DNA from: Mobula hypostoma
Lineage: Eukaryota
Assembly (NCBI RefSeq): GCF_963921235.1
Contig: NC_086097.1
Coordinates: 148,430,001 to 148,494,000 of the forward strand
Reading direction: 5' to 3'
DNA length: 64,000 bases
This document shows, in pieces, positions 1 to 12,950 of this stretch. A program made the translations under genes and the position numbers. Below the pieces are notes generated by a model. That model was given only the letters and a program-made list of their open reading frames with translations. It had not been told where the DNA came from and made no database searches. How positions within the stretch are numbered: the first letter of the stretch is position 1; the number at the start of each line of letters is the position of its first letter.

Positions 1-486
1 GGGTGCAGAGGAGATTTACAAGGATGTTGCCTGGATTGGGGAGCATGCCCATAGGGGAGCATAGGTTGAGTGAACTCAGTCTTTTTTCCTTGGATTGATG
101 GAGGATTAGAGGTGACCTGAAAGAGTTATACAAGATGATGAGAGGCATTGATCATGTGGATAGTCAGAGGCTTTTTCCCAGGGCTGAAATGGCTAGCACG
201 AGAGGGCACATTTTTAAGGTGCTTGGAAGTAGGTACAGAGGAGATGTCGGGATAAACTTTTTACGCAGAGTGTTGTGAGTGCATGGAATGGGCTGTGGGC
301 GACGATGGTGGAGGCAGGTACAATAGGGTCTTTAAGAGACTCCTGGACAGGTACATGGAGCTCAGAAAAATAGAGTGCTATGGGTAATCCCAGGTAATTT
401 CTAAGGTAAGGACATGTTCGGCACAACTTTGTGGGCCGAAGGGCCTGTATTGTGCTGTAGGTTTTATCTGTTTCTATGTGTCTATA
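1..486 (+). mobile_element. CR1-type LINE 3' fragment (ORF2 C-terminus and 3' tail), runs off window start
   Basis: Encodes VQRRFTRMLPGL...RGDL...HVDSQRLFPRAEM; close match to the reverse of 43140-43620; ends in ttctatg-type tail. Confidence 0.9.
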
Positions 487-2214
487 AATTCATGCTGAGT
501 CCATAGCTGTCTATTTTTTTCAGCTCATTTCTGTAATCACCCCATGTGCTGTCAAAAAGCCTTTCTTCTTGTTCATTAAAGAACCTGATGATAATCCAGA
601 GATGTTGTATTACTTATCAAGCTTTTCTATTCTACATCCTTCATCGTGGATTTCTAGCATTTCCCTACTACTTCAAGGTCACTTGATCAAAATCCTAGAA
701 TACTCTGCCAACTGTCCATTTAATATGTAATGTCAAGTTGTTTCTAGTAACTAAATTTTCCAACTTAAAAATTCACTACAATGGGATCGGAATAGATTGG
801 TCAGCCTTTCAGGATGGTGAGTCGTGTTCTTGAAACCTTGCAATCCATTGACTGAAAGTGCACAGAGCTAGGCTAACAAGTCTGTCCCTGTTTTATTTCT
901 CCATCTTTCGTTAAATATTGGATTCATGTTTCTGCCTTCTAATCCACAGAAAGAATCTCCACAATTTACAGAATTCTACAAGATAGTAAATACAATGTTT
1001 ATTATATCTGTTCCCACCTCTGTCAAAACATGAAATGTAAATCATTGTGTTCTTGAGACTTATCATATTTCAGTATCACTGACTTTTTGAGTACACTTTT
1101 ATACTAATATAATATATGCTCACATGACAGAATGCTTGTGTTCCTGTAAACCCATCCATGTCATAATTTTCTGACAATGAAAAAAATAATAAAATTTGCT
1201 TTAATTTGCACTTTGTGTTTACTTGTTTATTTATTTCTGTCATGAATTTCACAAGAGTAATTTTTTGTTCTGTATCTGACGTGTTTGTGAATTCCATAAG
1301 GGCAATTTTCCATCACCTGACTGGCCATAACTGCAGGGGTACACAATACTTATCTTCCTCCATTTTCCGGTCTCAATAGATCCTTGGTTCTTTTGTTTTA
1401 TTTTGGGCAGTTCTTTTTTTCTTCTACTGTAGAGACAAACTCACAAAGTAATTGTTTTATTTCTTTGCCATTTTCATATTGATCATTGTAAATTCTTCCA
1501 TCTCTCTCTGCAAGACACCACAACATTACTTAGACCTTACTATTCTCTTCCTTCCTTTACCACAATATCTTTTCTACTACATCTGGATGTACAGCTGTTG
1601 GAGGCAATGTGCACTATCTCTTTGAGATACAGTAGACTAACAGCTTCGATGATTTTTAGTCAGCGTAACCTTCTGCTACTCACAGAAATGAAATTTGAAT
1701 TTGTACAAAGGCAATAAATATTATCAATGTATTTTAACATAAATCCTCATAAAAAGTAAATCCCACAAAAGAAATCCTCAACGTGAATAAATCTTCATTT
1801 TATCTAGTGCTTGGTGTGTATGGAGTAAAAGGAACAAAAACATGAAATTATGAATGCAAAACAGGATATTTTGTAGCAATTCAGTTTCATTACTTTGAAA
1901 ACAGATATGCATGGGAAAAAGAGGCATTTTATTCAGCACATTAAGATTGGATTAGTTTTGAAAATTTTTACTGAAATATCTAACACATGAGCCCATGCTG
2001 ACCACAGTACCAACTGTGCCAAAACATATCAATTAAAACATTGGGAAAAGAAGCTGAGACATGGCCAATTGAAGAATTTAGAATCACCTTCTAAATGTTG
2101 CTACTCGTTAATAGAAAATAGTCACCAAAAAATAGGTAATACAAATGAAAATGGGATCTAGGGGACTGAGTGCATAATTCTGGGATGTCATATCATTGAT
2201 ATGGTGTTAAACTA

Positions 2215-2440
2215 AATTTCCCTCTGTGCAGGCACAAAAGGATTCTTTTGAAGTAAGACAATAGAGTAATCTTTGATCTTCTGGCCAATATTAAAATAAA
2301 TTTCACAAAAACAGATTATCTGGGAATTGCCACACTTGTGGGATTCTGCTGAGCAGAAATTAGCTGCAGCTTTTCCGACATTCCAAAAGTAGTTACACCT
2401 CAATAGTTACTTCATTAAATGTAAAACACACTTGAGAAAA
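2215..2440 (+). mobile_element. Ancient Deu-domain SINE remnant (SacSINE1/AmnSINE-like)
   Basis: Degenerate motifs ctggccaatatt, gattatctgg, tgtgggattctgctgagcagaaattagctgc, tacttcatt..tgtaaa resemble the Deu-SINE core; related reverse copy at ~31975-32260. Confidence 0.5.
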
Positions 2441-2549
2441 TGAGCAGAATCATCAAAGTCTAAGTCTCCTGGATAAAAGAAGTTAAGGCAAAATATATAG
2501 ATAGAGTTAACAGGTAATTTGTTAAGTTTTCAAAAGTAAAAAGAATAAA

Positions 2550-2655
2550 TGGTCTTGGTGAAGTGTCTCGGCCTGAAACATTGACAGTTTATTCCCCTCT
2601 ATAGATGCTGCATAACTTGTGAGTTCCTCCTTCACTTTATTTCTGTTGCTCAAGA
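2550..2655 (+). mobile_element. Penelope-like element 3' terminal remnant with decayed hammerhead motif
   Basis: ggtgaagtgtctcggcctgaaacattgac...tagatgctgc...gagttcctcc matches the PLE terminus at 61450-61560. Confidence 0.6.
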
Positions 2656-4289
2656 TGGAGAAGTGAGAGCTTTCAGTAAGAAAATAAATGTTGACATAGG
2701 GTGGATGGCAAAAAGAGCCTGTTTCTGTGCTATGTACTCTTTGTACTTCCCTATAACTCTCTCTGTACATCTATGTACTCATGTTCTCTTCCTTCTTTTC
2801 ACTCTACATGTTATTAATTAGGTCTCTTCCCTCTCTCCTTCTCAGTATGAGCCTCTGTCTATCTAGCAAACAATCTGCAATTTCTAAGTGAAAGTAAACA
2901 GTAAATTAGCACTTATTGAGGTGACAATCTAAAGGAATCCTCCTGGTATGTTTTGACTTCAGTGCTGAACAATTGCTAATGATGTACCATATGTAACTTA
3001 CAGTATAGTATATAATATAGTGATACACTCAATAATTTAAAAAAGCTGCCAACCTTGCAGTAGAAGAGGTTGTCATTCTAAATCTCGAATTCTAACATCT
3101 ATGATTCAGATTCTGTCAAATGTATTTTATAACAGCATTTATGCTTTCAGTTGAATGAATGCATTTCTGATGATTTGATATCGTTATAGTAATTACTGTA
3201 ACAGCGTAGCAATGGCTTAAGGATCATGCTGGGTCTCACGATCCGTGTTACTAAATCCCAGATTTTAACCCTGTTTGCCAGCCTGGCATAGACAAAAGAA
3301 AAGGCTGTCCTACATTTTGATGTTAAGCTGTGCTGGGAGAGGATTCCAATAATAAGAGGGAAAACAATATCGGCAATAAAGCCATTGGACTTGTGTATTA
3401 TTTGTGAGTTTCAAAGTAAATTAATGTCACTGAAATCTACTTAATGCAGTTTAAACATCACTACTTAAGGAGAACACCAAGCAAATTCACAGTAAGTAAA
3501 TGAACCAATGGTGGTAGAGAAACAATATTTTACTCGGACCAGAGATGGGAACTGTGCTGATCATATCAGAAGGCTAATGTTAGGAAAAGCATTAATGTCA
3601 CTGTTGATTAAGGTAATGAAAGATAAAGCTGTGACAATACAGTGACAGGTAAAAAAAAGGGCAGTAAAGAGCTAATTTTCTTAATAGTATTGTGTGGATG
3701 GATAAGGTGGACTTCACAAAAGGAGTGACTCGTGAAATGTGGCATGCTGAAGTGCGTGAGGAGTGACTCATATTGGCTTGTTTGAACATCCTCTGCTTTT
3801 GAGAATCTTGATTTTCCATCATCTAATCAAGAATTTGCACTTACACACCCTTCTAGATTCAATTAATCTAAATTCTAAACAAAGGGCAGAACAAAGGGAT
3901 AGAATGCAACACCCGAGATGAGAATTTTAGTAAAGACAGACGTGAGAGGCTAATTCATAGGAGTGGTCAATTTAAAGACACATAATGCATGTGTTTTTAC
4001 CACTAGCATGTAATGCTCTAGTGAAAGAGCGCAGAGAAATTCTTGCATGCCAAATGTCTTTGGAATCATATGTATCTGTTAAATTTTTCTCCTGCATCCC
4101 TGGGAGAAGACAGCGGAGAGCACCAATAAGAGCCGGAAGACTAAAGATAGCCCATTAGCCATCTCCCAAGAAATTGGTAGGAGAGCCTGATGGAGATGGC
4201 ATCTATGTAGAGGCACAGCAGGCCTAAGCAACTGCAAGGAGAGGGTGTTGGAGATGGCCTCTACACAACAGGCCCAGCCAAAATAGATA

Positions 4290-4682
4290 TTTACTTTACT
4301 TTAAAACACTATTTACTTTGTATTTTATTGTCGCCAAACAATTGATACTAGAACATACAATCATCACAGCAATATTTGATTCTGCGCTTCGCGCTCCCTG
4401 GAGTACAAATCGATAGTAAATATTAAAAATTTAAATTATAAATCATAAATAGAAAATAGAAAAGGGAAAGTAAGGTAGTCCAAAAAACTGAGAGCCAGGT
4501 CCGGATATTTGGAGGGTACGGCCCAGATCCGGGTCAGGATCCGTTCAGCAGTCTTATCACAGTTGGAAAGAAGCTGTTCCCAAATCTGGCCGTACGAGTC
4601 TTTAAGCTCCTGAGCCTTCTCCCGGAGGGAAGAGGGATGAAAAGTGTGTTGGCTGATTATCCTGGCAGCACTGCTCCGACAG
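4290..4682 (-). mobile_element. Rex1/Babar-type LINE 3' end
   Basis: Minus strand reads LPPGRRLRSLKTRTARFGNSFFPTVIRLLN, the typical Rex1/Babar C-terminus; (ttact)n tail at ~4290. Confidence 0.8.
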
Positions 4683-4728
4683 TAATTCATGTTATTCACT
4701 TCCCCCTTGATTTTCACATATGCCGCAG

Positions 4729-4839
4729 AGACAGTCAGTGCCAACCCAAAACAGGATGAGTATTCAGAGGATGTCTCCTCTGGGGACTGCCATAGACCAT
4801 GTGCGAGAACAGGAGAAGGCAACTTCCAGGAACAAGTCT
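4729..4839 (+). other. Candidate 111-bp internal exon of an unidentified host gene
   Basis: Pyrimidine tract + ccgcag acceptor, gtaaga donor at 4840, length divisible by 3, two open frames; protein not recognised. Confidence 0.25.
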
Positions 4840-4964
4840 GTAAGACCGTTGAGATTTCACATGGTGACATACACGAATTGAGCAGGAGTAGATAGTAAAG
4901 TCAGGGACAAGTGGATGGTACAGACCTTTCCAAGTTCTGTTCAGCTAGTTACGAATTTTGTGTC

Positions 4965-5418
4965 TGTGAAAGGGTGCATACTGATTGGTTGCATCACTGC
5001 CTGGTATGAAGGCTCCAATGGACAGATCACAAGGGGCTGCAGAGGGTTTAGACTCAGCCAGAACCACCATGGGTGCAACCAGCTCCTGCATCGAGGACAC
5101 CTTTATGGGATGGTACCTCAAAAAAGTAGCATCCATCATTAAGGATCCTCACCATACGGGACAAGCCTTCTTCTTGTCACCACCATCAAGGAGGAGATAC
5201 AAAAGTCTGAAGACCCTCACTTAATGATTCAGAAACAGCTTCTTCTCTGTTGTCATATTTCTGAATAGTCCATGAATCCATAAACACTAGCTCATTGTTT
5301 TTCTGCGCTGTTTATGTATTTTGTAATTTATAGCAATTTTATGCTTTGCACTGTACTGCTGCCACAAAACAATATTCATCTCTTAAGATGGTGATAATAA
5401 ACTTAATTCTCATTCTGA
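4965..5418 (+). mobile_element. Rex1/Babar LINE 3' fragment
   Basis: ILIGCITAWY...ASIIKDPHHTG...PSRRRYKSLK; ends aataaacttaattctcattctga. Confidence 0.8.
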
Positions 5419-5444
5419 GCATGAAAAGAACAAATGGCAATTTA

Positions 5445-5530
5445 GACCATAAGACATAGGAGCAGAATTAAGCCATTTGACCCATCGAGTCTGCTCTATC
5501 ATTCAATCATGACTGATCCTTTTTTCCTGT
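5445..5530 (-). mobile_element. CR1 3' tip
   Basis: accataagacataggagcagaattaagccatt...tcatgactgatc, same tail type as the CR1 ends at 15937 and 29612. Confidence 0.65.
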
Positions 5531-5755
5531 CTTACCCAATTTTTGTTGATGACTAGTAAATGATTTTTTTCCCCCAATTCTGTGTAATCATGTGATTGAA
5601 TTGAATTGACACCGAGCAGGTGTAAGGGCTAGGAATTGGAGGGTGGAGGGAGAGAAATGGATGGCTGTGAAAAGGTAGTTTTCAGGTCTGCTTTGGTTAA
5701 TGACATTAGCAGGATGAAGCCTGCTAACAGGAACATTTGAACGAAAAATGACTGA

Positions 5756-6616
5756 TGTTACATACTTCATGGATATCTTGTGACTGTCTTATGAGGATGA
5801 GGTAATGGTCTTGCGGAGGTCACATAATGTAATTTTCCTGCCAGTGAGGTCACATGATGACCTGTTCTCAACAGGTATATAAAAGGGAGACCCCTGGTGA
5901 CGCAGTTAGTTTTTCAGTTAGATCGTCAGTCAGATACTCGCTATGCTGCATATTGGTCTCATGACGCAGTATAGTTTTAAAACGGAGTTTTACTTTCTAT
6001 CGTAAGGTACAGAAGTGTTGGGCTGTTAGTTTCAACAATCACTGCCAGGTTTGTTGTGTATCTTTTCAGTAGTATTGGAGAGTGAAGACGGGAACCTGAA
6101 GGAGTCGTTTGGCGGTCTTGGTGAGGATCGACCATTATTGAATTTGTTTAAGTAAGAGTGATCTGCATGAGATAACCTCTGCTAAAACCAGCAGAAAAGG
6201 TTGTGCAGTATCTAGTCTAAGGAGGAAAAAGGTCAATGCCTTTAAACTGTTTCCGTCGTCGTGAGTCCTGCGAACGAGGCAGGTTCCAGCTGGGATCGGC
6301 AGTAAAGTCGAGTCTTCGGGGAATTCTTTACTTCAGGAAAGTCTCTCCTGATTGACTGTATAAATCTCTTGGACTTTCAAATTTACCATTCTAAGAACTG
6401 TGTTCTAACTTACCACTTTAAGACTGTGTTCGCATTTACCGTTTTAAGAACTAGTACTGAGTTTGGCAGTTTGTTAAATGGCCGCATAGCAGTTTACTTC
6501 CAGTTTAGGTTTTCGTTTGTTTATCTTTTTACTAATATTGGGCAGAGTTTAATAAATGTTTATTTGTTTCTAAAACCTGACTCATTTCTATATTCATTGT
6601 TGCCGGTCACGTGACA
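5756..6616 (+). mobile_element. Solo LTR (Gypsy-like)
   Basis: Starts TGTTACAT, ends ACGTGACA (imperfect inverted termini); 4-bp TSD ctga/ctaa; TATATAAAAG at ~5877; AATAAA at 6551. Confidence 0.7.
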
Positions 6617-7548
6617 CTAATCACACTTTTGAGCATCATGATATCAAAATAACTAAGAGTTACAGTACACCACGGGTATCAATAATCAGGATTTGCCTTG
6701 ATTAGCAGATGCTGTATGTATTTAGCTTCAGAAATATCATGGAATTTCCTATCCTTTCACATTAAATGAGTATATAAAGTGGTAAATGAGAACATACCTA
6801 CTCATTACTACCTGCTAATTATACCAAACATATATTAGTAATGTTGCTTCCTTACATTGATAAGAAACAACCGAACAAAAAAAAACAGCTGTGAGAACTT
6901 AAATATATTTTGGCCTAATTTTAAGTCCATCATAAAAAATTCTGCAATACACTGTTATAAGTGATGCAGCAGTGAGTTTTTCATATCACCTTCTTTGATA
7001 AATTTTATTTTCTTTGGGAATATGTACTGTACCTAAGGAAGAAAACAAACATCCTACATCTATGGGTTGATCTTAAAGATCAGTTTGCAACCTCACTTAA
7101 TATTTAATAGTTTCAGTCTCAACCTGACAAACATATATATATTCATTATACTTTTAAAAGTGAAGTTGCTCTGTGAAGAATTTTGGGAAGGCATTTTGAA
7201 TATATTTTAATTGTTGGAAGTCACAGTGCATTACATATGGGGGTATCTCTGAAAAACTTTCCTCTACAGTGGGCAAATTCCATGTCTCTCACACTGACAG
7301 GAAACCCAGCCATTACTTCAACCCAGTACATTTGTAAGGTGTCAAATTTAAAACCATTATTGTTATAACCTAGCAAAAAGATTAAGTTGAATGGAGGAAT
7401 GCATATTATTTACCAAAGAGCAGCAAAAGTTAATGGATGATTTGTTAGAGGTGTTCAAATTCTGAAGGGTTTTAATAGATTAGGTACAGGAAAACTCTTT
7501 TTACTGGCAAGTGGATCATAAAAAAAAGGACCAAAGTTTGAAAAATTA

Positions 7549-9260
7549 AAGTTAAAGGTTCAAAGTTTAAAGTAAATTTAATATCAAAGTACATATCTAT
7601 TACCATATACAACCCTGAGGTCCATTTTCTTGCAGGCATACTCAATGCCTATAATTGTAATCCTCAGGTTTGGCCAGCATGCGTTTGTCTAGGGGAAGAC
7701 AGCCTCTGGCCCAGCCAAACCGAGAAATCTCATTTGTGTGGATGCTGCGTGATGTGGTGCCCGGTTACACGTCCGAACCACAAAATATCGGACAGTACAC
7801 TGTATGCAATTAAACGATCGAACTTTATAAATCCTAACCTGACTATAGGGTTAGTAAAGAAAATAAAAAGAAAAGGGGGCCCAATTTATTGCAACAGTCT
7901 AATGTGCACGTTGGAGCTCGAGTATTTGTCCACTCAATTCCCGTCGACGTCCGCCGAGCGTCGCTGACCGTCGGACCCTCAGTCTGAGTCCACTCCGTCC
8001 AGCGGTCTACCAACTCTTTCCATTCGCGTCTTCTCTCTTCACCTCTTGCCGACGAACGACCGTGGAATCCCTGCCCCCAGGCCCACAAGAAAGAGCAGCA
8101 ACCTCTCATTGGATAACGCACATTCCAAAGCCTCCGTTATCTCTAGTCATAACCCGAATATTGCTGCTACAGAGAAACCATTACCTTAGCAGTGAAACAT
8201 TACAGAGAGGCTATTACATTAGCAGTGAAACCTTACAGTGCGTTATACCATATTAGAATCAATGAACAACTACACCAACATTGGCAGTCAACCAATATGC
8301 AAATACAAAGAGAAAGAATTAATAATAATTATAATACTAAATATATGAGCAATAAATATTGAGAACATGAGATGAAGAGTCCTAGAAAATGAGTCCAGAG
8401 GATGTGGGAACATTTCAATGATGGGGCAAGTGAAGTTGAGTGAAGTTATCCCCTTTGGTTCAACAGCCTGATGGTTGAGTGGTAATATTTGGTCCTGAAC
8501 CAAGTGGTGCAAGTCCTGAGGCTCCTGTACCTTCTTCCTGATGGCAGCAGTGAGAAGAGAGCATGACTGGGTACTGGGGGTCCCTGATGATGGATCTCTG
8601 TGTAGATGTGCTCACTGATGGGGAGGGCTTTACCCATGATGGACTGGGCCATGTCCACTCCTTTATGTAGGATTTTCCATTTACGAGCACTGCTGTTTCC
8701 ATACCAGGCTGTGATTCAGCCAGTCAATATTTGTTTCCACCACACATCTATAGATGCTTGTCAAAGGTTTAGTTATCATTCTGAATCTGAATCTCTGAGT
8801 ATCATGCTGAAAGAAGTAGAATTGCTGCTGTGCTTTCATCATAATTGTACTTAAGTGCTGGGCTCAGGATCGTTCCTTGAAATGATAACACCAAGGAATT
8901 TAAATTTGCTGACCCTCTCCGTCTCTAATCCTCCAATGAGGATTGGCCCATGGACCTTTGGCTTCATCCTCCTGAAGTCGATAATCAAATCTTTAGTCTT
9001 GCTGGTATTGAGTAACAGGTTGTCGTTGTGGCACCACTCAGCCAGATTTTAAATCTCCCTCCTATATGCTGATTCAGTACCAGCTTTGATTCTGTCTATG
9101 ACAGTGGTGCTGTCAGCAAACTTGAATTGAAGCTGTCATAGGTGTAAACCAAGTAGGTTGCGGGCGCGTGGGCGCTGAGCATACAGCCTTGTCATGCACC
9201 TGTGCTGTCAGAGATGGACAGTAGGGAGGAGATATTGTTGCCAATCTGAACTGACCGGTC
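7549..9260 (-). mobile_element. Rex1/Babar LINE fragment (RT C-terminal half and 3' UTR), interrupted by a solo LTR
   Basis: Minus strand ORF QSIMGKALP...HALFSLLPSGRRYRSLRT; (ttcaaag)n-type tail at ~7550-7575. Confidence 0.85.
7656..8247 (-). mobile_element. Solo LTR nested in a Rex1 3' UTR
   Basis: TGTAA...TTATA termini (decayed TTACA); CpG-rich core; minus-strand AATAAA at ~7890; duplicated ttagcagtgaaac.ttacag at 8187 and 8219; Rex1 UTR resumes on both sides; TSD not clean. Confidence 0.6.
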
Positions 9261-10384
9261 TGTAGCAGCTGGAGAATCAGATGGAAGTTGAAAATACATA
9301 CTTAATTTGTGACGGGACCAAATTCCACAACTTCCACAGTGGAATTATCTTGATACTTGATACAGAATAGTAAGTTCTTTCAAAGAATTGACACAGGCAA
9401 ATGGGCTGAATGGCAGACTTCTATATTGTGTAATTTTATTATTCCATAATATATTAAAGACAAATCACCGGGGGAAAAAAACTGCTGAGGTACATAACTT
9501 GCTGGATGTAAAGTTTACTTTTTTGGATGTTTTGAAGCCATATTAAAGTTAATGTAGGGAAGACGTTAATGACTACCATGTCCACTTACAGCCCCTAAAT
9601 GGGACTTAAGATTGATTAATTATAAAATAGAGGGTTCTTAACTATAAAAAAACATTTTAAAGCATGCTAATATTCCAAGGGTAAGCTAAACGAACTGTCA
9701 GTAGTAAAAGATTCATAAGTGCTGAGCCTTGGTTAAGCGACCTTGTGCGATCTATAGACGAATTTCTACAGGTCAGAGCAGGAGAGAAATAAATCAAACC
9801 TTTTTAAAATGTACTGTAGGCATGGGGTGGAAGCTGTCAATAAGATCAAACTGACATGACGCTGCAAATTCCAACATATTACTCTCAGGAGCCTTCGAGG
9901 AATTTCTGGGTTATTAGAGGGTCGATTGAATCAGATGAAAGGGAGATGACAGGCTCGACACAGGCTTGTGGGGCAAGAGAGGAGGAAAAGGAGATGCAAT
10001 CTTTACATCTTCAGTTACTTTCTTGACTGGATTCTGTTACCTGCTTGTGGGCATGTCCAAGTAGGAGGAGAGTACTATTTTGAGGAAATAAAAGGAATGA
10101 AAGTCCAATTAGCCTGGGGCCCTGTAAGAGCTGTTCTCTGTTTAATACAAGTATGTCACCCCCCGATGACTTCATGACTGAATTGGGGAGGGGGTAGAAC
10201 ATTACAGATTGCGAGTGACCACAGTGTGATGCTGGTATGCTAGTGTAGTTACCATTTTACTGAAAAATAATCTGGAAGCCTGGGATCATAACACATAGTT
10301 TTATGCTTTCAAATTCCTCTGTGGTCGACTGGTATTTTAAACAAAAATCTGGAAGTAATGACTGAACTTTATAAAGTTGTAAAA

Positions 10385-10600
10385 ATCTAGATGCTAAAGA
10401 TGATGGAAATCAAAAATAAAACCAGAATATGCAAGAAATATTGAGCATGTCAAACAGATTCTGTGGAAAGAGATTAATAGTTAACATTCAGGTCTGAGCT
10501 CCTTAATCAAAATGGGGAAAGAATGAAATTAATTATTTTTCAGTAGCAAAGAAAGTGGGTGAGGGTGGATAAAACAAAGGGAATATTTCTGACAGAGCTT
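10385..10600 (-). mobile_element. Old Penelope-like terminal remnant
   Basis: gatggaaatc...gaaatattgagcatgtcaaacag...aacattcaggtc resembles the reverse of the PLE 3' terminus. Confidence 0.4.
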
Positions 10601-11151
10601 TGAGATAGCAGCTCTACTAGTTGTTTAACTGTGCAGCCTGATTGAAATCCATCAAGTACTATTGTATGAACAAGATTCAATTAGATATCTTTAAAGTTGA
10701 GAAAAATTACCTTTTACTGTGGTTTTTCCTTGGGTCCCTGCCCTTCCTCCCACCACAACATCTCAAACAAAATAATTTCTCTCCACCCCACTCCATGTGC
10801 GATAGCAAATCTTAACCACCAGATCACATTTCAGGACTTCCATCCAAAAATTAATCGCATTCTCAATCTCCATAGAATCACCCAAAATAACCCTTGAGGG
10901 CCATTTCACAAATTTTGATTGGTGGCTCTACACAATCTTCCCCATGTCCTTTCATTGACCCATGGCATGGACGGGAGGAAAGACTTTGAAATGCCTTGTT
11001 TGCAATTGCCTATAAGCTTGACGACATCCGCTTTCTTTTAGCACTTTGTATCCAAAATCAATACAATTCAGAATAAATCTCTCTGCAAGTTGGACTAGGT
11101 TGTTCTGTATTTAAATTGTCGTATTTTATAGCTGTACCTAAAAACATGAAT

Positions 11152-11470
11152 GGGTGGTGGGGTGGATATATGCCTCTACCAGGTAAGGCATTCCTTCCCT
11201 CCACTACCCTATAGGTCACCCTTGGGTAAAGTGTAGCACCTGCTGAGCTCTCCCGCTCAACGTTACGTGAAGCCACATGAGCAGGTGGAGTGTATCACAA
11301 GTCATGATTAGGTGACCTCTGAAGCCAAGTAGACAATCTTTGACAAGTATTGATAATGGCTGGGGGTCACCTGTCTTGTAAAAGCACTGCTTCGAAGACG
11401 GCAACGGCAAACCACCTCTGTAGAAAATTTTGCCAAGAACAGTCGCGGTCTTAGTCCATGGTTGCTGATT
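11152..11470 (+). mobile_element. Non-autonomous RTE-related retroposon; second, interrupted copy at ~12020-12500
   Basis: gaagccatg/ggtcacctgtcttgtaaa segments are shared with 12020-12200; tail ggcaaaccacctctgtagaaaattttgcc resembles RTE-derived SINE tails. Confidence 0.45.
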
Positions 11471-11514
11471 GCGTCGCCTCTGATCTGGGCCGATATTTAC
11501 GTGCCGGGCAGCAC

Positions 11515-11979
11515 CTAATTAATTAGCTTGTTTATTTCGGCTTTTTTCTTAAAGATGTGCTGCATTCTTCGCAGCCCGATATCAAACACACGTTCTCTCA
11601 GTCCATTATTAACCCCATCACTGAACTGACGACGCCGGGACAATTTCTTCAATTCAGCCACATAAGCTGAAATTGACTCCCATTCCTTTTGATTCCACTT
11701 ATGAAACCTAAAATTTTCTGCAGTCAACAATGGTTTCAGTTCTAAATGTTCTTGCATTATGTTCATGATATCAGCAAAGCTCATTTTGGCTGGTTTGGTT
11801 GGAGCAGTTAAACTTCTAAGCAAACTGTATGTCTTTCCCAATGCACTCAGTAGCACTGACACTCACTTTTCATTTGCTATTTCATTTCCTTCAATGTACT
11901 GCTCAGTTCATTCAGAAGGCATCAGCCAGTTATCTGTGGTCCAATCGAATGTGCCTGCCTTTCCAGTGTAGCCAGCCAT
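11515..11979 (-). pseudogene. Gypsy/Ty3 gag relic (frameshifted)
   Basis: MAGYTGKAGTFD...LLSALGKTYSLLRSLTAPTKP...AENFRFHKWNQKEWESISAYVAELKKL, typical Gypsy gag N-terminal motifs. Confidence 0.8.
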
Positions 11980-12204
11980 TTCTGCACATATTTTCAATTT
12001 ATGATTATTATCAACCACTGACCTGATCAGGGTTACATGAAGCCATGGGAGTAGGTGGTGGATGGTTGGATGAGCAGCTGATGTACAGTATATCATGTCC
12101 TTGTTATGTGACCACTGACAACAGGCACATGATCTCTGAAGAGAATTGGTATTTGTTGGGGGGGTCACCTGTCTTGTAAAGACACTTCCCAGAAGAAGCC
12201 AATG

Positions 12205-12432
12205 ACTTCCGGCCACTGCCTGTGAGAAGTTAGTATGTTCTACCCGTGATCATGTGGGCTTCTCCTAGGTGCTGTGGTTTCCTCTCACGTTCCAAAGACG
12301 TACCAGTTGGTAGGTTAATTGGTCATTGTAAATTGTCAGGTGATTAGGCTCAGATTAAGTCATGGGATTGCTCAGCAGCATGGCTTGAAAGGAGAAAAGG
12401 GACTATCCACACAGTATCTCAATAAATAAACA
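12205..12432 (+). mobile_element. V-SINE/HE1-like SINE (5'-truncated)
   Basis: ggtttcctctcacgttccaaagac...taggttaattggtcattgtaaattgtc core; (aata)n tail. Confidence 0.7.
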
Positions 12433-12709
12433 AATATCAGTTCTATTGAAAAATTTGCCTAAACAATTGTCACACAACATGGTACATTACGATGATGATG
12501 ATTATCATCCCTTACTCACTGTTTATGAACCCACAAATTTAATCAGTTTTCTTCCTATTTTTAACCCAACTGTCGATGTTCCCCTCTGAAGAAACATGTG
12601 CTGCGCTTTCTTTCAACTCTAATGTCTCCCTCCCCTTTCAAAGAAACATGCTGTGGTTCATCAAGTGGGTAGTTATCTTGGTTTTGTTTTAAGACTACCT
12701 CACCACCAC

Positions 12710-12950
12710 TGTTATGTTTTGTAACTCCAGAAATTAATTGGAAGTAAAACACTGGAGCCCAGGGATACTAGTGTGCTGAGTTTTACTTTAGTGAGGTGCC
12801 CACATATGACATGGTGACGTAGTGACTAAGTCATTCACATACTTCTCACATACAAACCATAACGAATTATGTAAGCAAAGAATGCCCAATCAAACAATAT
12901 ATGTAGTTACAATTTTACTCAAATATTACTGAACTATTAAATGCACTACA
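12710..12950 (-). mobile_element. 5' LTR of the Gypsy relic whose gag lies at 11515-11979
   Basis: TGT...ACA termini; on the minus strand it is followed by PBS-like gtggtggtgagg, then a leader and gag in the same orientation. Confidence 0.65.
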
